Below the pieces are notes generated by a model. The model had not been told where the DNA came from. It was given only the letters and a program-made list of their open reading frames with translations, and did no database searches. From positions 67,133 through 131,132 of the forward strand of contig CAZKVS010000001.1 in assembly GCA_964556325.1 (NCBI GenBank): a DNA stretch of 64,000 bases. The letters run 5' to 3'. The translations under genes were made by a program, and so were the position numbers. Positions 28,355-37,310 of this stretch are shown one piece after another. How positions within the stretch are numbered: the stretch's first letter is position 1; every line of letters begins with the position of its first letter. This DNA comes from an uncultured Candidatus Saccharibacteria bacterium. Its GTDB lineage: Bacteria > Patescibacteriota > Doudnabacteria > UBA920.

Positions 28355-28843
28355 CTAAGCACTAATTTTTGCCTGAGTTTTAATTTGCTCTACGGCGTCA
28401 TTGAAACCTTTTGGTGTAAGCGAGGATCCGGATACTTTATCGAGTGTGACCTCGTTAATATTTTTTCCAACAACCATGCTTGTAAAGTTTTGGCTAAAAA
28501 CCAGTTGCATTTTTTTGGATATTGGCTGTACTGTTTGGGGTTGGGCGGTCGCGTTGGTTACTATACCGTCTTTTAACGTAAGAGTAATTTCAATAGTTTC
28601 AGCTCCGCCGGGGGAGTTATAGCTACCCATGGCCGTATAGGTTCCGTCTTTGTAGGTAGCGGTAGAGGTTGTGGTAGTTTGTTCGTTTGGAGTAGGTGTC
28701 GTGGTGTCCGTCGTTGTTGCAGTATCCTCTTCTTTACCGGAAAACTTTACTACTGCAAGTATGACAAGTACGACTACTACGCCCGCGGCTATAGCGAGGC
28801 CTGCTTTGCTGCTTTTTGGGGTTTCGGGTGTTTGTTCAGACAT
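28355..28843 (-). CDS. Extracytoplasmic FMN-binding domain protein
   Basis: TM anchor, Thr-rich linker, YKDGTY, VSGSSLT flavinylation-like motif; adjacent to apbE. Confidence 0.8.
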   Translation of the reverse strand: MSEQTPETPKSSKAGLAIAAGVVVVLVILAVVKFSGKEEDTATTTDTTTPTPNEQTTTTSTATYKDGTYTAMGSYNSPGGAETIEITLTLKDGIVTNATAQPQTVQPISKKMQLVFSQNFTSMVVGKNINEVTLDKVSGSSLTPKGFNDAVEQIKTQAKISA

Positions 28844-28915
28844 AATGTATTTTTACTAATGTTCGTGTATTTTACCATAATTACTACAATAAAAAAAGAG
28901 AATTATTTCATGTAG

Positions 28916-29428
28916 CTACATCATTTCCCCGGTTTTTATTTTTTCAATCAGTGGACCCGGTGTGCAGCGGAATAAGAAACCCTGGCCCATATCTATATCT
29001 TGCGTAGAGTGGTGTATGCGGTCGTGGGGTATGAGCGTCTCGGTTGCGGCAAAGGACTGCACAAAACTTTCGTACGATTCCGCCAACGGGTAGGCCTCTA
29101 TATGTTCAAACTTATCTGTTTGAGAGTGGTCGGGTTTTTGGTCAGAGAGTTCGAGCAGGGTAATGGGTCCTAGTGCTGTGGGTATACTGCGTCGGAGTTT
29201 TATGAGTGCAATGCGTCGGTTGGAAATAATGGACTGGTATATGTACTCACTATCGTGCTCAAACAGTGCGCGTATATGTTCAAATGTTTCCGCGCTGTCA
29301 CATTTGTAGTTTATGTGGTCTACCGCGGCTTTACCTGCTAGGGCGTGCTTAGCCACAAATGCATTAAAAAGTGAAATGTACGGCTCCGTTTTTGTGTAAA
29401 AGTCTTCAAGGGTGCTTATCTCAATCAT
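28916..29428 (-). CDS. YecM-like VOC family protein
   Basis: DHINYKC, ISNRRIALIKL, LLEL, FEHIE. Confidence 0.7.
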   Translation of the reverse strand: MIEISTLEDFYTKTEPYISLFNAFVAKHALAGKAAVDHINYKCDSAETFEHIRALFEHDSEYIYQSIISNRRIALIKLRRSIPTALGPITLLELSDQKPDHSQTDKFEHIEAYPLAESYESFVQSFAATETLIPHDRIHHSTQDIDMGQGFLFRCTPGPLIEKIKTGEMM

Positions 29429-29438
29429 AGGGTGTAGG

Positions 29439-30092
29439 TTATGCGTTTATATATTTTTTAATTGCCTGAAAAGTTTTGTTATCTTCCACTATGCGCGTAT
29501 GGCCAATTACAGGTATTTCTATATTCTGTGCTCCCGGGAGTAGGGCGTTTTTATTGGGTAGGATATGGTTATCTCTGTGAGCATATAAGTTTAGCAACCT
29601 GCCGGGTGCGGGCGGTTTTTGAAGAAGATTGGTTATGAGTGAGGAACCCGGGCACAGCTCTTGTAAGTTGCATATCCAGAGTTTTCCTACCCATGTACCC
29701 TGGAACGGTGCGCTGAGAGTAATTACTTTTCCGACTTTTTCGGGATGTGCATCCAAATACCCTTTGGCCACCAAACCACCTTTGCTATGACCAATGAGCA
29801 ATACGTGTTCTAAGGAGTGGGTTTGTATATATTCATGTAAAATTTCCACGCATGCTGCTACTGGTTGGGTGTTGTAATTTAGTTCGGGCACGGTATGAAC
29901 GTGGTACCCCAGAGTGTTGAGTTGCTCCGCTATGGTAGTCAAAAAAATCCACGGCTCAGCAAAACCCGGTATAAGTAGCACGTCTCCCGCGTTACCTTTG
30001 TTCCATGCAGCCGGTGGGCGTTGCCAGAGCGCCCGGAAGTGCAGGCGTACTATAAGCAAATATTCCAGCAGCATGTAGTGCAGTGTTTTCAT
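29439..30092 (-). CDS. Alpha/beta hydrolase (lipase-like)
   Basis: LLIPGF, GHSKGG, GHT. Confidence 0.85.
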   Translation of the reverse strand: MKTLHYMLLEYLLIVRLHFRALWQRPPAAWNKGNAGDVLLIPGFAEPWIFLTTIAEQLNTLGYHVHTVPELNYNTQPVAACVEILHEYIQTHSLEHVLLIGHSKGGLVAKGYLDAHPEKVGKVITLSAPFQGTWVGKLWICNLQELCPGSSLITNLLQKPPAPGRLLNLYAHRDNHILPNKNALLPGAQNIEIPVIGHTRIVEDNKTFQAIKKYINA

Positions 30093-30161
30093 ACTAGCTC
30101 TAGTATATCAAATAAAAATACCATGACTCTTTCAGGAGCCATGGTATTTGGATGCATATAC

Positions 30162-30968
30162 CTATTGATTTGTCTGTGTGCTGGTAGTGGCAGAGGCTTT
30201 TACTTTTACATTTTTGAGTGCTTTTACAATGGTGCCTGCATCCTTTCGAGCAGTTTGTAAGTCTTGTGTTGCGAGCTTTATTTTTGCCCGTGCGTCTTTC
30301 AGGGCTGCTTGATTGGACTGGAATACTGTCTGGTCACCGTTATCGGGTTGTAGGTTTGCAATCAAGGTAATCGCTGCGTTGGCTTGCACTGTGGCGTCGG
30401 CAGTTTTTGCGTTCATGTCTACTAGACTTGCATTCATCGCGGTGACATCCTGTCCTGCAGTTTGTGCAGCGGTAATGCGAGTTTGCAGCTTCGCGCTTAA
30501 GTCGTTCATGAGTCCGACGGTGGTTATAATTCTATCCGCTGCCGCAGTAATACGGCCTTGAGGAAGAACGAGTAAATAAATGCGATAAGACTTGGTTATA
30601 GATTGTATATCAGCTTTTAAAGTTGTGCCGTCGGTATCCGCATCAATTTTTGCCTTGAGCGCATTCATCTCACTTATAGCTGCTTGTAGCGTGGCGGTTA
30701 GACTGGCTTTTTGGTTGGTAGAGACTCGTTGCATTTCGTTTATGCGGGTAGAAAGTGCAGTGAGGGCTTTTACGCGTGCGTTTATTTGCGCATCGGCTTT
30801 GGTCCGACCGGCGGTGTCTAGTCGGATGCTCATGCCCGTTGTTTTACCATCGGTCATGGTGTTGGCTTTTAGGTCATCGCGCATGAGCGCTGCAGATGCA
30901 GGGAGTGTGGATGCGCCAATGATGGCCGCGGCGGCAAGAGACGTGCCAAGTAGTTTTGAGAGTTTCAT
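30162..30968 (-). CDS. Secreted alpha-helical coiled-coil protein
   Basis: Signal peptide; Ala-rich heptads. Confidence 0.7.
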   Translation of the reverse strand: MKLSKLLGTSLAAAAIIGASTLPASAALMRDDLKANTMTDGKTTGMSIRLDTAGRTKADAQINARVKALTALSTRINEMQRVSTNQKASLTATLQAAISEMNALKAKIDADTDGTTLKADIQSITKSYRIYLLVLPQGRITAAADRIITTVGLMNDLSAKLQTRITAAQTAGQDVTAMNASLVDMNAKTADATVQANAAITLIANLQPDNGDQTVFQSNQAALKDARAKIKLATQDLQTARKDAGTIVKALKNVKVKASATTSTQTNQ

Positions 30969-30984
30969 ATAAGTAGAGGATTAA

Positions 30985-31284
30985 TTATTTAGCAGGTGCT
31001 TGCTGCTCATTGAGGCTAGAGTCTATGCTGGCTGAGTCGTTGCTGAGTCCGGCCATGTTGGTGTCTACTGCCTTGAGCGATGCATCTAAGTCTGCATTGG
31101 TGTTGGCACTGGCTGCGTTTGGTGTAGTTTGAGTTTGCGGAGGTACTTCGGTGGGAGTTACTGCAGTAGGTAACTGCGATGTGGTTGGAGGGGTGTCATC
31201 TACAGGAGTGTTTACAGTAGTCTGACTACTGCATCCTGCTGCGAGGAGGGTAATGAGACCCACAGCAAAAAAGACTTTTTTCAT
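30985..31284 (-). CDS. Small lipoprotein
   Basis: LLAAGC lipobox; Pro/Thr-rich. Confidence 0.7.
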   Translation of the reverse strand: MKKVFFAVGLITLLAAGCSSQTTVNTPVDDTPPTTSQLPTAVTPTEVPPQTQTTPNAASANTNADLDASLKAVDTNMAGLSNDSASIDSSLNEQQAPAK

Positions 31285-31372
31285 AATGTATTTCGTTTAA
31301 TAATCTGCTTCAGCGGACCCGCTGAATATATACCATAGTATACAACGCCCACATGAAGGGGCTGTTACACGG

Positions 31373-31861
31373 CTATAGGTTCACTATATACTGGGGTACA
31401 ATATGCGTGTTTTTGTATTTTTGCTGTAACCCAACAGGAAGCTTGGAAAAGTTTCTAATTATTTTTCTGCAGGTAGCCGCACCGCAGTTGCAGCGCATGG
31501 TCCATATGTCGTCGCTTGCGGTAATGGTGGAATAGTCTATTAACACTTCTGCACCCTTGGGTAGGTGGGTAATTGTATACACAAAAAGTTTCTGTCCATT
31601 TTTTACAACTTTCGCGTTTGGCTCACAGGAATGGTTTAAGTACACGCCTATATGCCCTTCAGGGCTGAGATAATAGTTTTCAGATATACGAAAGCAGTTG
31701 TCTAAAAAAGTACCCCCTCGCTCAAGTAGGGTAGTATAGTGTTTGCGCACGCCAAGGATAGCAAAAACAATCTGTTCAGGTTTAATATCGTGCGTAGTAA
31801 ATATGCCTTGACCGTTGCGGGTATGTGCAACAGTAAGACCTTTATAATGCGTGTCTTGCAT
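31373..31861 (-). CDS. SET domain protein with post-SET Cys cluster
   Basis: GQGIF, YLNHSCEPN, EVLIDY, CNCGAATCR. Confidence 0.88.
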   Translation of the reverse strand: MQDTHYKGLTVAHTRNGQGIFTTHDIKPEQIVFAILGVRKHYTTLLERGGTFLDNCFRISENYYLSPEGHIGVYLNHSCEPNAKVVKNGQKLFVYTITHLPKGAEVLIDYSTITASDDIWTMRCNCGAATCRKIIRNFSKLPVGLQQKYKNTHIVPQYIVNL

Positions 31862-31864
31862 GGT

Positions 31865-32416
31865 TTAGTTTTCTATAGCATGAAAAGCAGAGAGTAACTC
31901 TGGAAAAGTAGTATACCCTGCATCCGTATTTAAGTGGCCGCCGTTGTGTATGACTGTAGGCGCCACATCGAGTTTGGCAGCTAGGTCGGCGAGTACGTCT
32001 TGAGGTACATAGGGATCATTGTTCCCGTAAAAGACAAAAGACTTTCCCACTTTTTGCCGGACTTTTATAAAATCTATTACACGCTCACGCATAAAGTAAC
32101 TATTGAGCTCAGCACCATAGTCTTTGCCAAAACCCGCAACCGAAACTAAAGCACGCACATCGGTAGGTGAGTGTTCAATAAAGTCTAAGGCAGTAACCAC
32201 CCCCAACGAGTGGCCAACTAGCACTAGTTGGTCGGTTGGTGTATTGACTACCACGCGCTGCGTAGTAGAAAGCCATGTTGCTCTATCAGGGTGTTCAGCG
32301 TCCGGTAAGTTGGGCATGAGTACCGTGTGGCCTTGGCTCGTAAGTTGGTCGTGTAGCCACTGTTCCCAGTGCGCACCCGCGTGGCTGCCTATAGCGTGGA
32401 GTATTAAAACAGTCAT
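31865..32416 (-). CDS. RBBP9/YdeN family alpha/beta hydrolase
   Basis: GHSLG, NDPYVP, GGHLN. Confidence 0.85.
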   Translation of the reverse strand: MTVLILHAIGSHAGAHWEQWLHDQLTSQGHTVLMPNLPDAEHPDRATWLSTTQRVVVNTPTDQLVLVGHSLGVVTALDFIEHSPTDVRALVSVAGFGKDYGAELNSYFMRERVIDFIKVRQKVGKSFVFYGNNDPYVPQDVLADLAAKLDVAPTVIHNGGHLNTDAGYTTFPELLSAFHAIEN

Positions 32417-32418
32417 GG

Positions 32419-32685
32419 TTATTTGTCCGCTTTAGGAGTCTTACCCCACTGCCAGCGAGGCTTTTCGCCGGTTCTGTAACAAATAACTATAACCAACGCT
32501 ATAAGCACTATTTCTCTCACAAAGAACCAAACGAGCATGCTCGGAGTTGGTTCGGGTGTTGTGATAAGTCCCAGAGCGTTGACGAGGAGCATGAGTATAA
32601 ACACAGCTAACACTACCCAGCCTTGCCAACTTGCCGGGTACCATCCCCAGCCGTACGTTTTATTTCTAAACCAAAGTGTTTTCAT
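32419..32685 (-). CDS. Small 2-TM hypothetical protein
   Basis: WFRNKTYGWGWYPASWQGW...GEKPRWQWG. Confidence 0.7.
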   Translation of the reverse strand: MKTLWFRNKTYGWGWYPASWQGWVVLAVFILMLLVNALGLITTPEPTPSMLVWFFVREIVLIALVIVICYRTGEKPRWQWGKTPKADK

Positions 32686-32692
32686 AATTGTA

Positions 32693-33775
32693 TTATACAA
32701 TATTTGGCTCAGAAAAAATTATATCTGCAATGTCTCTCCGTACTTCGTTTATAAGACTTGCATCGGGCTTACGCTTTGGGTGTACAAAATTGGAAAGCAT
32801 GGCAAAGGCAAGTTCTTTTTGTATGTCACACACAACTAAGCAGCCAGTAAAGCCTGTTTTGCCAAATGTATGTGGAGTTGCGTACTGGCCCATATATCGG
32901 GGTTGATTCAGCTCCCAGCCTAAACCGGTACTCTGACCAAGCTTGGCAATTTGATTTGTGTGCATAAGCTTTACTGTCTCCGGTTTAAAGTACTGATGAC
33001 CTTCCAGCGAGCCGTAATTTAATAGCATGCGCAAGAAGCGAAGTAAGTCAGGTACTGTGGTAAATAGGCCGGCATTGCCCGGGTAAAATTGTTTTTGTAA
33101 CGCATGCGCAGACTCATCATGTACGGTGCCATGCAGCAAGCCGCCTCGCTCTTCATCTATTTCGGTAGGCACAACTCGTTGTAGGTCTTGCGGTTTAAAC
33201 GAAGTATCAACCATACCCAGTGGTTGAAAAAAGAGTTCTGCTGCTAGTTCCGGCAAAGAACGGCTATATATTTTTTCCACTACTAACCCAAGCAATATAC
33301 TGGGGGTGTTAGAGTACGCGTAGTGCGCGCCCGGGTCGTGACGCAGCTTGGTAGTGTAAATGAGCTTGAGTATGTCCTCCGGGGCATCATGTTTGTGTGA
33401 AGATAGGGGAGACTCTAGGTCTAGGAGTATGGTAAAGGTAAACAAGTGCCAAATAAGTATTTGTTCACGGTGTGGGTTCTGCAAGTCGGGAAGATAGTCG
33501 CATACTTTGTCGGTAACGCTCAATCGCCCGGACTCAATAAGTTTCAGTGCTAAACAAGCTGTGGGTATGGACTTAGTAACTGAGGCAACGTCAAAAATAC
33601 TATTCGCATGCACCTGTTTCGCGTCAGCATTGTACGTAGTAGCGCCTTCGGCAATGAGCTGCGTTGCACCTAGCGTATTAACAACTCCTACAACACAACC
33701 CGGAAACACTTTTTCCTGAATAGCTCGCTGAATTCGATTGCGAATTTTTGTTTCAGTGGAATTATGCATAGCCAC
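32693..33775 (-). CDS. Serine hydrolase, beta-lactamase class C-like
   Basis: ASVTK (SxxK), YSN, VHDE, GNAGLF, GKTGFTG. Confidence 0.88.
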   Translation of the reverse strand: MAMHNSTETKIRNRIQRAIQEKVFPGCVVGVVNTLGATQLIAEGATTYNADAKQVHANSIFDVASVTKSIPTACLALKLIESGRLSVTDKVCDYLPDLQNPHREQILIWHLFTFTILLDLESPLSSHKHDAPEDILKLIYTTKLRHDPGAHYAYSNTPSILLGLVVEKIYSRSLPELAAELFFQPLGMVDTSFKPQDLQRVVPTEIDEERGGLLHGTVHDESAHALQKQFYPGNAGLFTTVPDLLRFLRMLLNYGSLEGHQYFKPETVKLMHTNQIAKLGQSTGLGWELNQPRYMGQYATPHTFGKTGFTGCLVVCDIQKELAFAMLSNFVHPKRKPDASLINEVRRDIADIIFSEPNIV

Positions 33776-33817
33776 AGCATACCAAAAAACCGCCTGCAGG
33801 GCGATTTGTAGGAAATA

Positions 33818-34111
33818 CTATTGTTGGGTAGGGGCGCAGGTTAAAGTGTTATCTGCAGACATTCCACAAATGCCCGCAACTGTCTCGCCGTTTGTAAGTG
33901 CAAAGTCGCACATTTCAGCCCGTGCTTTGCCCTCGCAGGCATCTTGAGTTGCATCGGTTGCGGCACCTTTTACTTCCGCGCTTGCGTTGGCAGTTTGGGC
34001 ATGGAGTTCAGGTGGGCGAGTGTTGGTTCTGGTAGCAATGGAGTATCCGGCTATGCTGAGAGGTATGCTTACAAGGACTATTATAATTGGTATTAAAAAT
34101 TTTGGTTTCAT
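33818..34111 (-). CDS. Small secreted Cys-rich hypothetical protein
   Basis: Signal/TM segment then ACEGK...C...GIC...LTCAP. Confidence 0.6.
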   Translation of the reverse strand: MKPKFLIPIIIVLVSIPLSIAGYSIATRTNTRPPELHAQTANASAEVKGAATDATQDACEGKARAEMCDFALTNGETVAGICGMSADNTLTCAPTQQ

Positions 34112-34200
34112 ACATATAGTAGTTATTTGTACTATTATATCACCTCTGGAAGTAAATGCGGGGGCGTGTATGCCAGTTTTAGGTTTGATATAATTCATGC

Positions 34201-35235
34201 ATGAGCAGATTATTTCAAAAACATGTACAGGTACGGTTGGTTTCCTACTCGCTGTTAGTTGTAGCGGTTATAGTTGGTTTTGTGTTGGCCGGATATTTTT
34301 ACTATAAGAGCGAGCAGGGCGACATTCCTATGTTTACCAGAATCCGCGCGGACCGGCAGGACTTAAAATACACCAACCCACTCATAGCTTCAGATTTAAT
34401 AGATAAAAAACAGCTAACCGAGTATAAACCTTTGGAGAAAAAAGTTGCAGACTACATACATCAAGTTAAAACGTCCGGCACTGCCAAAGATGTAGGCGTG
34501 TACTATCGGGAGTTTACCAGTGGTGCGTGGACTGGAGTAAACGAAGACGCCTTGTTTGCGCCGGGAAGCTTGCAAAAAGTGCCGCTCATGGTGGCGTACT
34601 ATAAAATTGCAGAAACAGCCCCAGCAATTTTAAACGATAAACTTCCCAACACCATGCAGGGCGATGCAAATACAGCCCAAGCAGTTAAGCCTGCCAAAAC
34701 CATAGAGTACGGCCAGGAAGCCTCGGTATTGGATTTGCTCAAGCTCATGATTGGTTATTCCGACAACAACGCAACTAACGTGTTGTTCAATCATTTAGAT
34801 CAAGATTCCCTCAAAGAAGTTTTTTCCGATTTAAATCTCGTCTTCAATGACCCATCAGCACACACCAATTCTATTTCCCCAAAACAGTACAGCTTGTTTT
34901 TCCGGGTACTCTATAATGCCTCGTACTTAAGTTGGGCGTACTCTGAGCAGGCTTTAAGCTTGCTTACTCAAAGCGACTTTAAAGACGGACTAGCCGCGGG
35001 TGTGCCTCAAGGTGTGGAGGTGGCGCACAAGTTTGGCGAGAGCTATAACCAAGCGGAAATAAAAAACGGCATTACCCCTCTTGAGCAGTTTCATGACTGT
35101 GGGGTGGTGTATTACCCTAATCACCCATATATTTTATGCGTCATGACTAGGGGAGAAGGATTACAGCCACTTGCGAAAGTTATCCAAGACATTTCTCGTC
35201 TCGTCTACCAAGACGCCGAAAGCCGGTATCACTAA
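34201..35235 (+). CDS. Serine hydrolase, class A beta-lactamase-related
   Basis: SLQK, SDN, HKFG, HDCG motifs; N-terminal TM. Confidence 0.85.
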   Translation: MSRLFQKHVQVRLVSYSLLVVAVIVGFVLAGYFYYKSEQGDIPMFTRIRADRQDLKYTNPLIASDLIDKKQLTEYKPLEKKVADYIHQVKTSGTAKDVGVYYREFTSGAWTGVNEDALFAPGSLQKVPLMVAYYKIAETAPAILNDKLPNTMQGDANTAQAVKPAKTIEYGQEASVLDLLKLMIGYSDNNATNVLFNHLDQDSLKEVFSDLNLVFNDPSAHTNSISPKQYSLFFRVLYNASYLSWAYSEQALSLLTQSDFKDGLAAGVPQGVEVAHKFGESYNQAEIKNGITPLEQFHDCGVVYYPNHPYILCVMTRGEGLQPLAKVIQDISRLVYQDAESRYH

Positions 35236-35243
35236 TGCCCCCC

Positions 35244-35278
35244 TGTCATTCCGAGCGAGTCTTCGAGTCGAGGAATCT
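35244..35278. repeat. GTCATTCCG...GGAATC REP-like half element
   Basis: tgtcattccgagcgagtcttcgagtcgaggaatct; same family as 52593, 53077 and 63578. Confidence 0.65.
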
Positions 35279-35360
35279 AAAGGTCAAACTGAAAATCTTG
35301 CTAATTTATGCGTTTATTGTATAATACCTGAGCAATTTAGAAGCCGTATTTATAGTATAT

Positions 35361-35450
35361 TGCCCGGTAGCCAAGTGGTCCCGATCAATATACGGGATCT
35401 GCGATAAGGCATCCCGATGCCGCATCGGGACATTCGAAGGTTCGAATCCT
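35361..35450 (+). pseudogene. tRNA-Gln-derived fragment with palindromic inserts; lacks the 3' acceptor strand
   Basis: tgcccggtagccaagtggt identical to the tRNA 5' end; anticodon arm replaced by tcccgatgccgcatcggga; T-arm ggttcgaatcct directly followed by ATG. Confidence 0.7.
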
Positions 35451-35693
35451 ATGTACCATACGTATATTTTGGAGAACCCTGAAGGTCGGTTATATATTGG
35501 TCAAACTGATAATGTTGGGAATAGGCTATTGCGGCATAATTCTAACATGGTAAAATCAACAAAGAATAAGGGGCCTTGGAAGCTAATATATAGTCGCGAG
35601 TTTGTCGCTCGGAGTGAGTCGGTAGCGTTCGAAACTTATTTAAAATCTCTAAAAAGTTCGAAGTACATTAAATCTTATATAGTTGGTTCTTAA
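35451..35693 (+). CDS. GIY-YIG nuclease family protein (small, YhbQ-like)
   Basis: YHTYIL...LYIGQTDN...RLLRHN...STK..GPWKLIY...E..LK. Confidence 0.88.
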   Translation: MYHTYILENPEGRLYIGQTDNVGNRLLRHNSNMVKSTKNKGPWKLIYSREFVARSESVAFETYLKSLKSSKYIKSYIVGS

Positions 35694-35710
35694 TTGGCTG
35701 CCCGTCATAG

Positions 35711-35784
35711 TGCCCGGTAGCCAAGTGGTAAGGCAGAGGACTCTGAATCCTCCATCCTAGGTTCGAATCCTAGCCGGGCAGCCA
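35711..35784 (+). tRNA. tRNA-Gln (CUG)
   Basis: Acceptor TGCCCGG/CCGGGCA, D-loop AAGTGGTAA, anticodon stem GAGGA-CT CTG AA-TCCTC, GGTTCGAATCC, encoded CCA. Confidence 0.95.
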
Positions 35785-35799
35785 ATTAAGAATCTAAAT

Positions 35800-35932
35800 C
35801 AAGTGGCCCCGATTAAGATGCGGGGTCCTCGATAAGGCACCCCGATGCTGCATCGGGGCATTCGTAGGTTCGCCCGTCTCGGCCGAGGAGAGGGCTGCCG
35901 AGCCGAGGTCGGAAATCCTTCCACCCCAGCCA
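35800..35932 (+). pseudogene. tRNA-Gln-like relic with three palindromic inserts
   Basis: caagtgg[insert]taaggca[ccccgatgctgcatcgggg]cattcgtaggttcg[insert]aatccttccaccccagcca. Confidence 0.65.
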
Positions 35933-35943
35933 AATAAATATAA

Positions 35944-36058
35944 AAGGCATCCCGACTCCGAATCGGGGCATTCCTAGGTTCTCCCGACCCCGCTATTATT
36001 TATAATATGACGTCGGGACCCCGACGTTGCGTCGGTGGGAACCCTAGCCGGGCAGCCA
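35944..36058 (+). pseudogene. tRNA-Gln-like relic (3' half) with palindromic inserts
   Basis: aaggca[tcccgactccgaatcgggg]cattcctaggttc[insert]gaaccctagccgggcagcca. Confidence 0.65.
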
Positions 36059-36061
36059 ACC

Positions 36062-36085
36062 AAAATCGCCGAACAGGCGGTTTTT
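36062..36085 (+). terminator. Terminator-like repeat AAAATCGCC-N4-AGGCGGTTTTT
   Basis: Near-identical copies at 37314, 47847 and (minus strand) 33784. Confidence 0.65.
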
Positions 36086-36121
36086 ATATTATGCCTTTTA
36101 TTGTAGTGCTATCATTAAAGT

Positions 36122-37009
36122 ATGCATATTTTAGTTATTACCGGGGGTTCGTCTTCCGAACGGAAAATTTCTTTGCTTTCGGCAAAGGGGGTTAAGGGCG
36201 CGTTAGTTGCCAACGGGCACGCGGTAACTATGTTTGATTTTAAACGGGGGTATGACCAACTACGGAGTGCGCTTGAGAAGTGTGATATGGTTTTTCCGGT
36301 CATGCACGGCAAAGAAGGGGAGGACGGCACGTTGTATAAGTTTCTCCGCTCTGCTAAAAAGCCGTACGTAGGCTCAGAGCCAAAGGGGGCAAGGGTTGCG
36401 TTTGATAAAATTCTATTTAAAAAGTATTGCGACGCCAAAGGCATTCTTACTGCGCCATGGAAGGTTGTTAAAACCAGAGAAGATATTACTCGGTTTGGGT
36501 TGCCGTGTGTGTTGAAGGCTACCTATGGAGGCTCTTCGCACGAAGTGGCGCTCTTGCACACTGAAAAAGACCTTGCGAGTATTCGCGTTAAAAAAATACT
36601 TGCACTACCGTGCCGCTGGTATGTAGAGAGGCTACTGCAGGGCGTTGAAATTACCGTTGGGGTTCTGAACGGCAAGGCGTTACCGGTAATAGAAATTGTA
36701 CCGCCAAGTGCCGGTTGGTTTGACTATAAAAGTAAGTATTCAGGTGAGTCCCAGGAAATTCCTTTTGCACCGTCGGTAAGTAGTAAAGTTCAAAAACAGG
36801 CGCAAGCTCTCGCACTACGCATACACAAAGACCTTCGCCTAGGTAGTTATTCCCGAACAGACTTTATTGTACAAAATAGTAAGTTGTACATCCTGGAAAC
36901 CAACACCCCCGGCGGTGTCGGGCTTACTTCCGAGAGCCTGCTCCCAAAAGCTGCCAAGGCCATGGGAATGAGCTTTGAAAAACTTATTCAGCAAATGTTA
37001 AAGCAATAA
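36122..37009 (+). CDS. ddl: D-alanine--D-alanine ligase
   Basis: GGSSSERKISLLS, HGKEGEDG, FDYKSKY, RTDF, LETNTPG. Confidence 0.9.
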   Translation: MHILVITGGSSSERKISLLSAKGVKGALVANGHAVTMFDFKRGYDQLRSALEKCDMVFPVMHGKEGEDGTLYKFLRSAKKPYVGSEPKGARVAFDKILFKKYCDAKGILTAPWKVVKTREDITRFGLPCVLKATYGGSSHEVALLHTEKDLASIRVKKILALPCRWYVERLLQGVEITVGVLNGKALPVIEIVPPSAGWFDYKSKYSGESQEIPFAPSVSSKVQKQAQALALRIHKDLRLGSYSRTDFIVQNSKLYILETNTPGGVGLTSESLLPKAAKAMGMSFEKLIQQMLKQ

Positions 37010-37145
37010 CGTTTTGGCAAAGGCACCCTATACAAAGGTGACCATTGTGTGGGGGAGTTTTTTGGAACAGTCTGGATTCTGTGATTCAAACCAGCCTGTG
37101 GATATGCGTTTGCGGGCAACGTTTTGAGGAGTGTATAATATATAC

Positions 37146-37310
37146 AGATTTCAAAAGGTACGGTATAACTCCCTGTGAGTTACCGGTAGGCACAGTTGGA
37201 ATACATTCCTGCGTCAAATTAAATGAACTTCTGTCCATACGAGTTCAACTGCTAGGGGAACTGCAGAACCTTAAAGGACAGCCCACGTTATACTGTGCCT
37301 CTTGAAATCT
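37146..37310 (+). ncRNA. Unidentified structured ncRNA (~165 nt), 6S-like size
   Basis: TTGCGG-18-TATAAT promoter 7 nt upstream; 24-bp 5'/3' closing stem with two G-U pairs; terminator at 37314-37338. Confidence 0.65.

Noticed and set aside
37045-37305. 86-aa ORF over the putative ncRNA
   Set aside because: It has a TTG start without an RBS and spans the promoter; the promoter-stem-terminator arrangement is better explained by an RNA gene.
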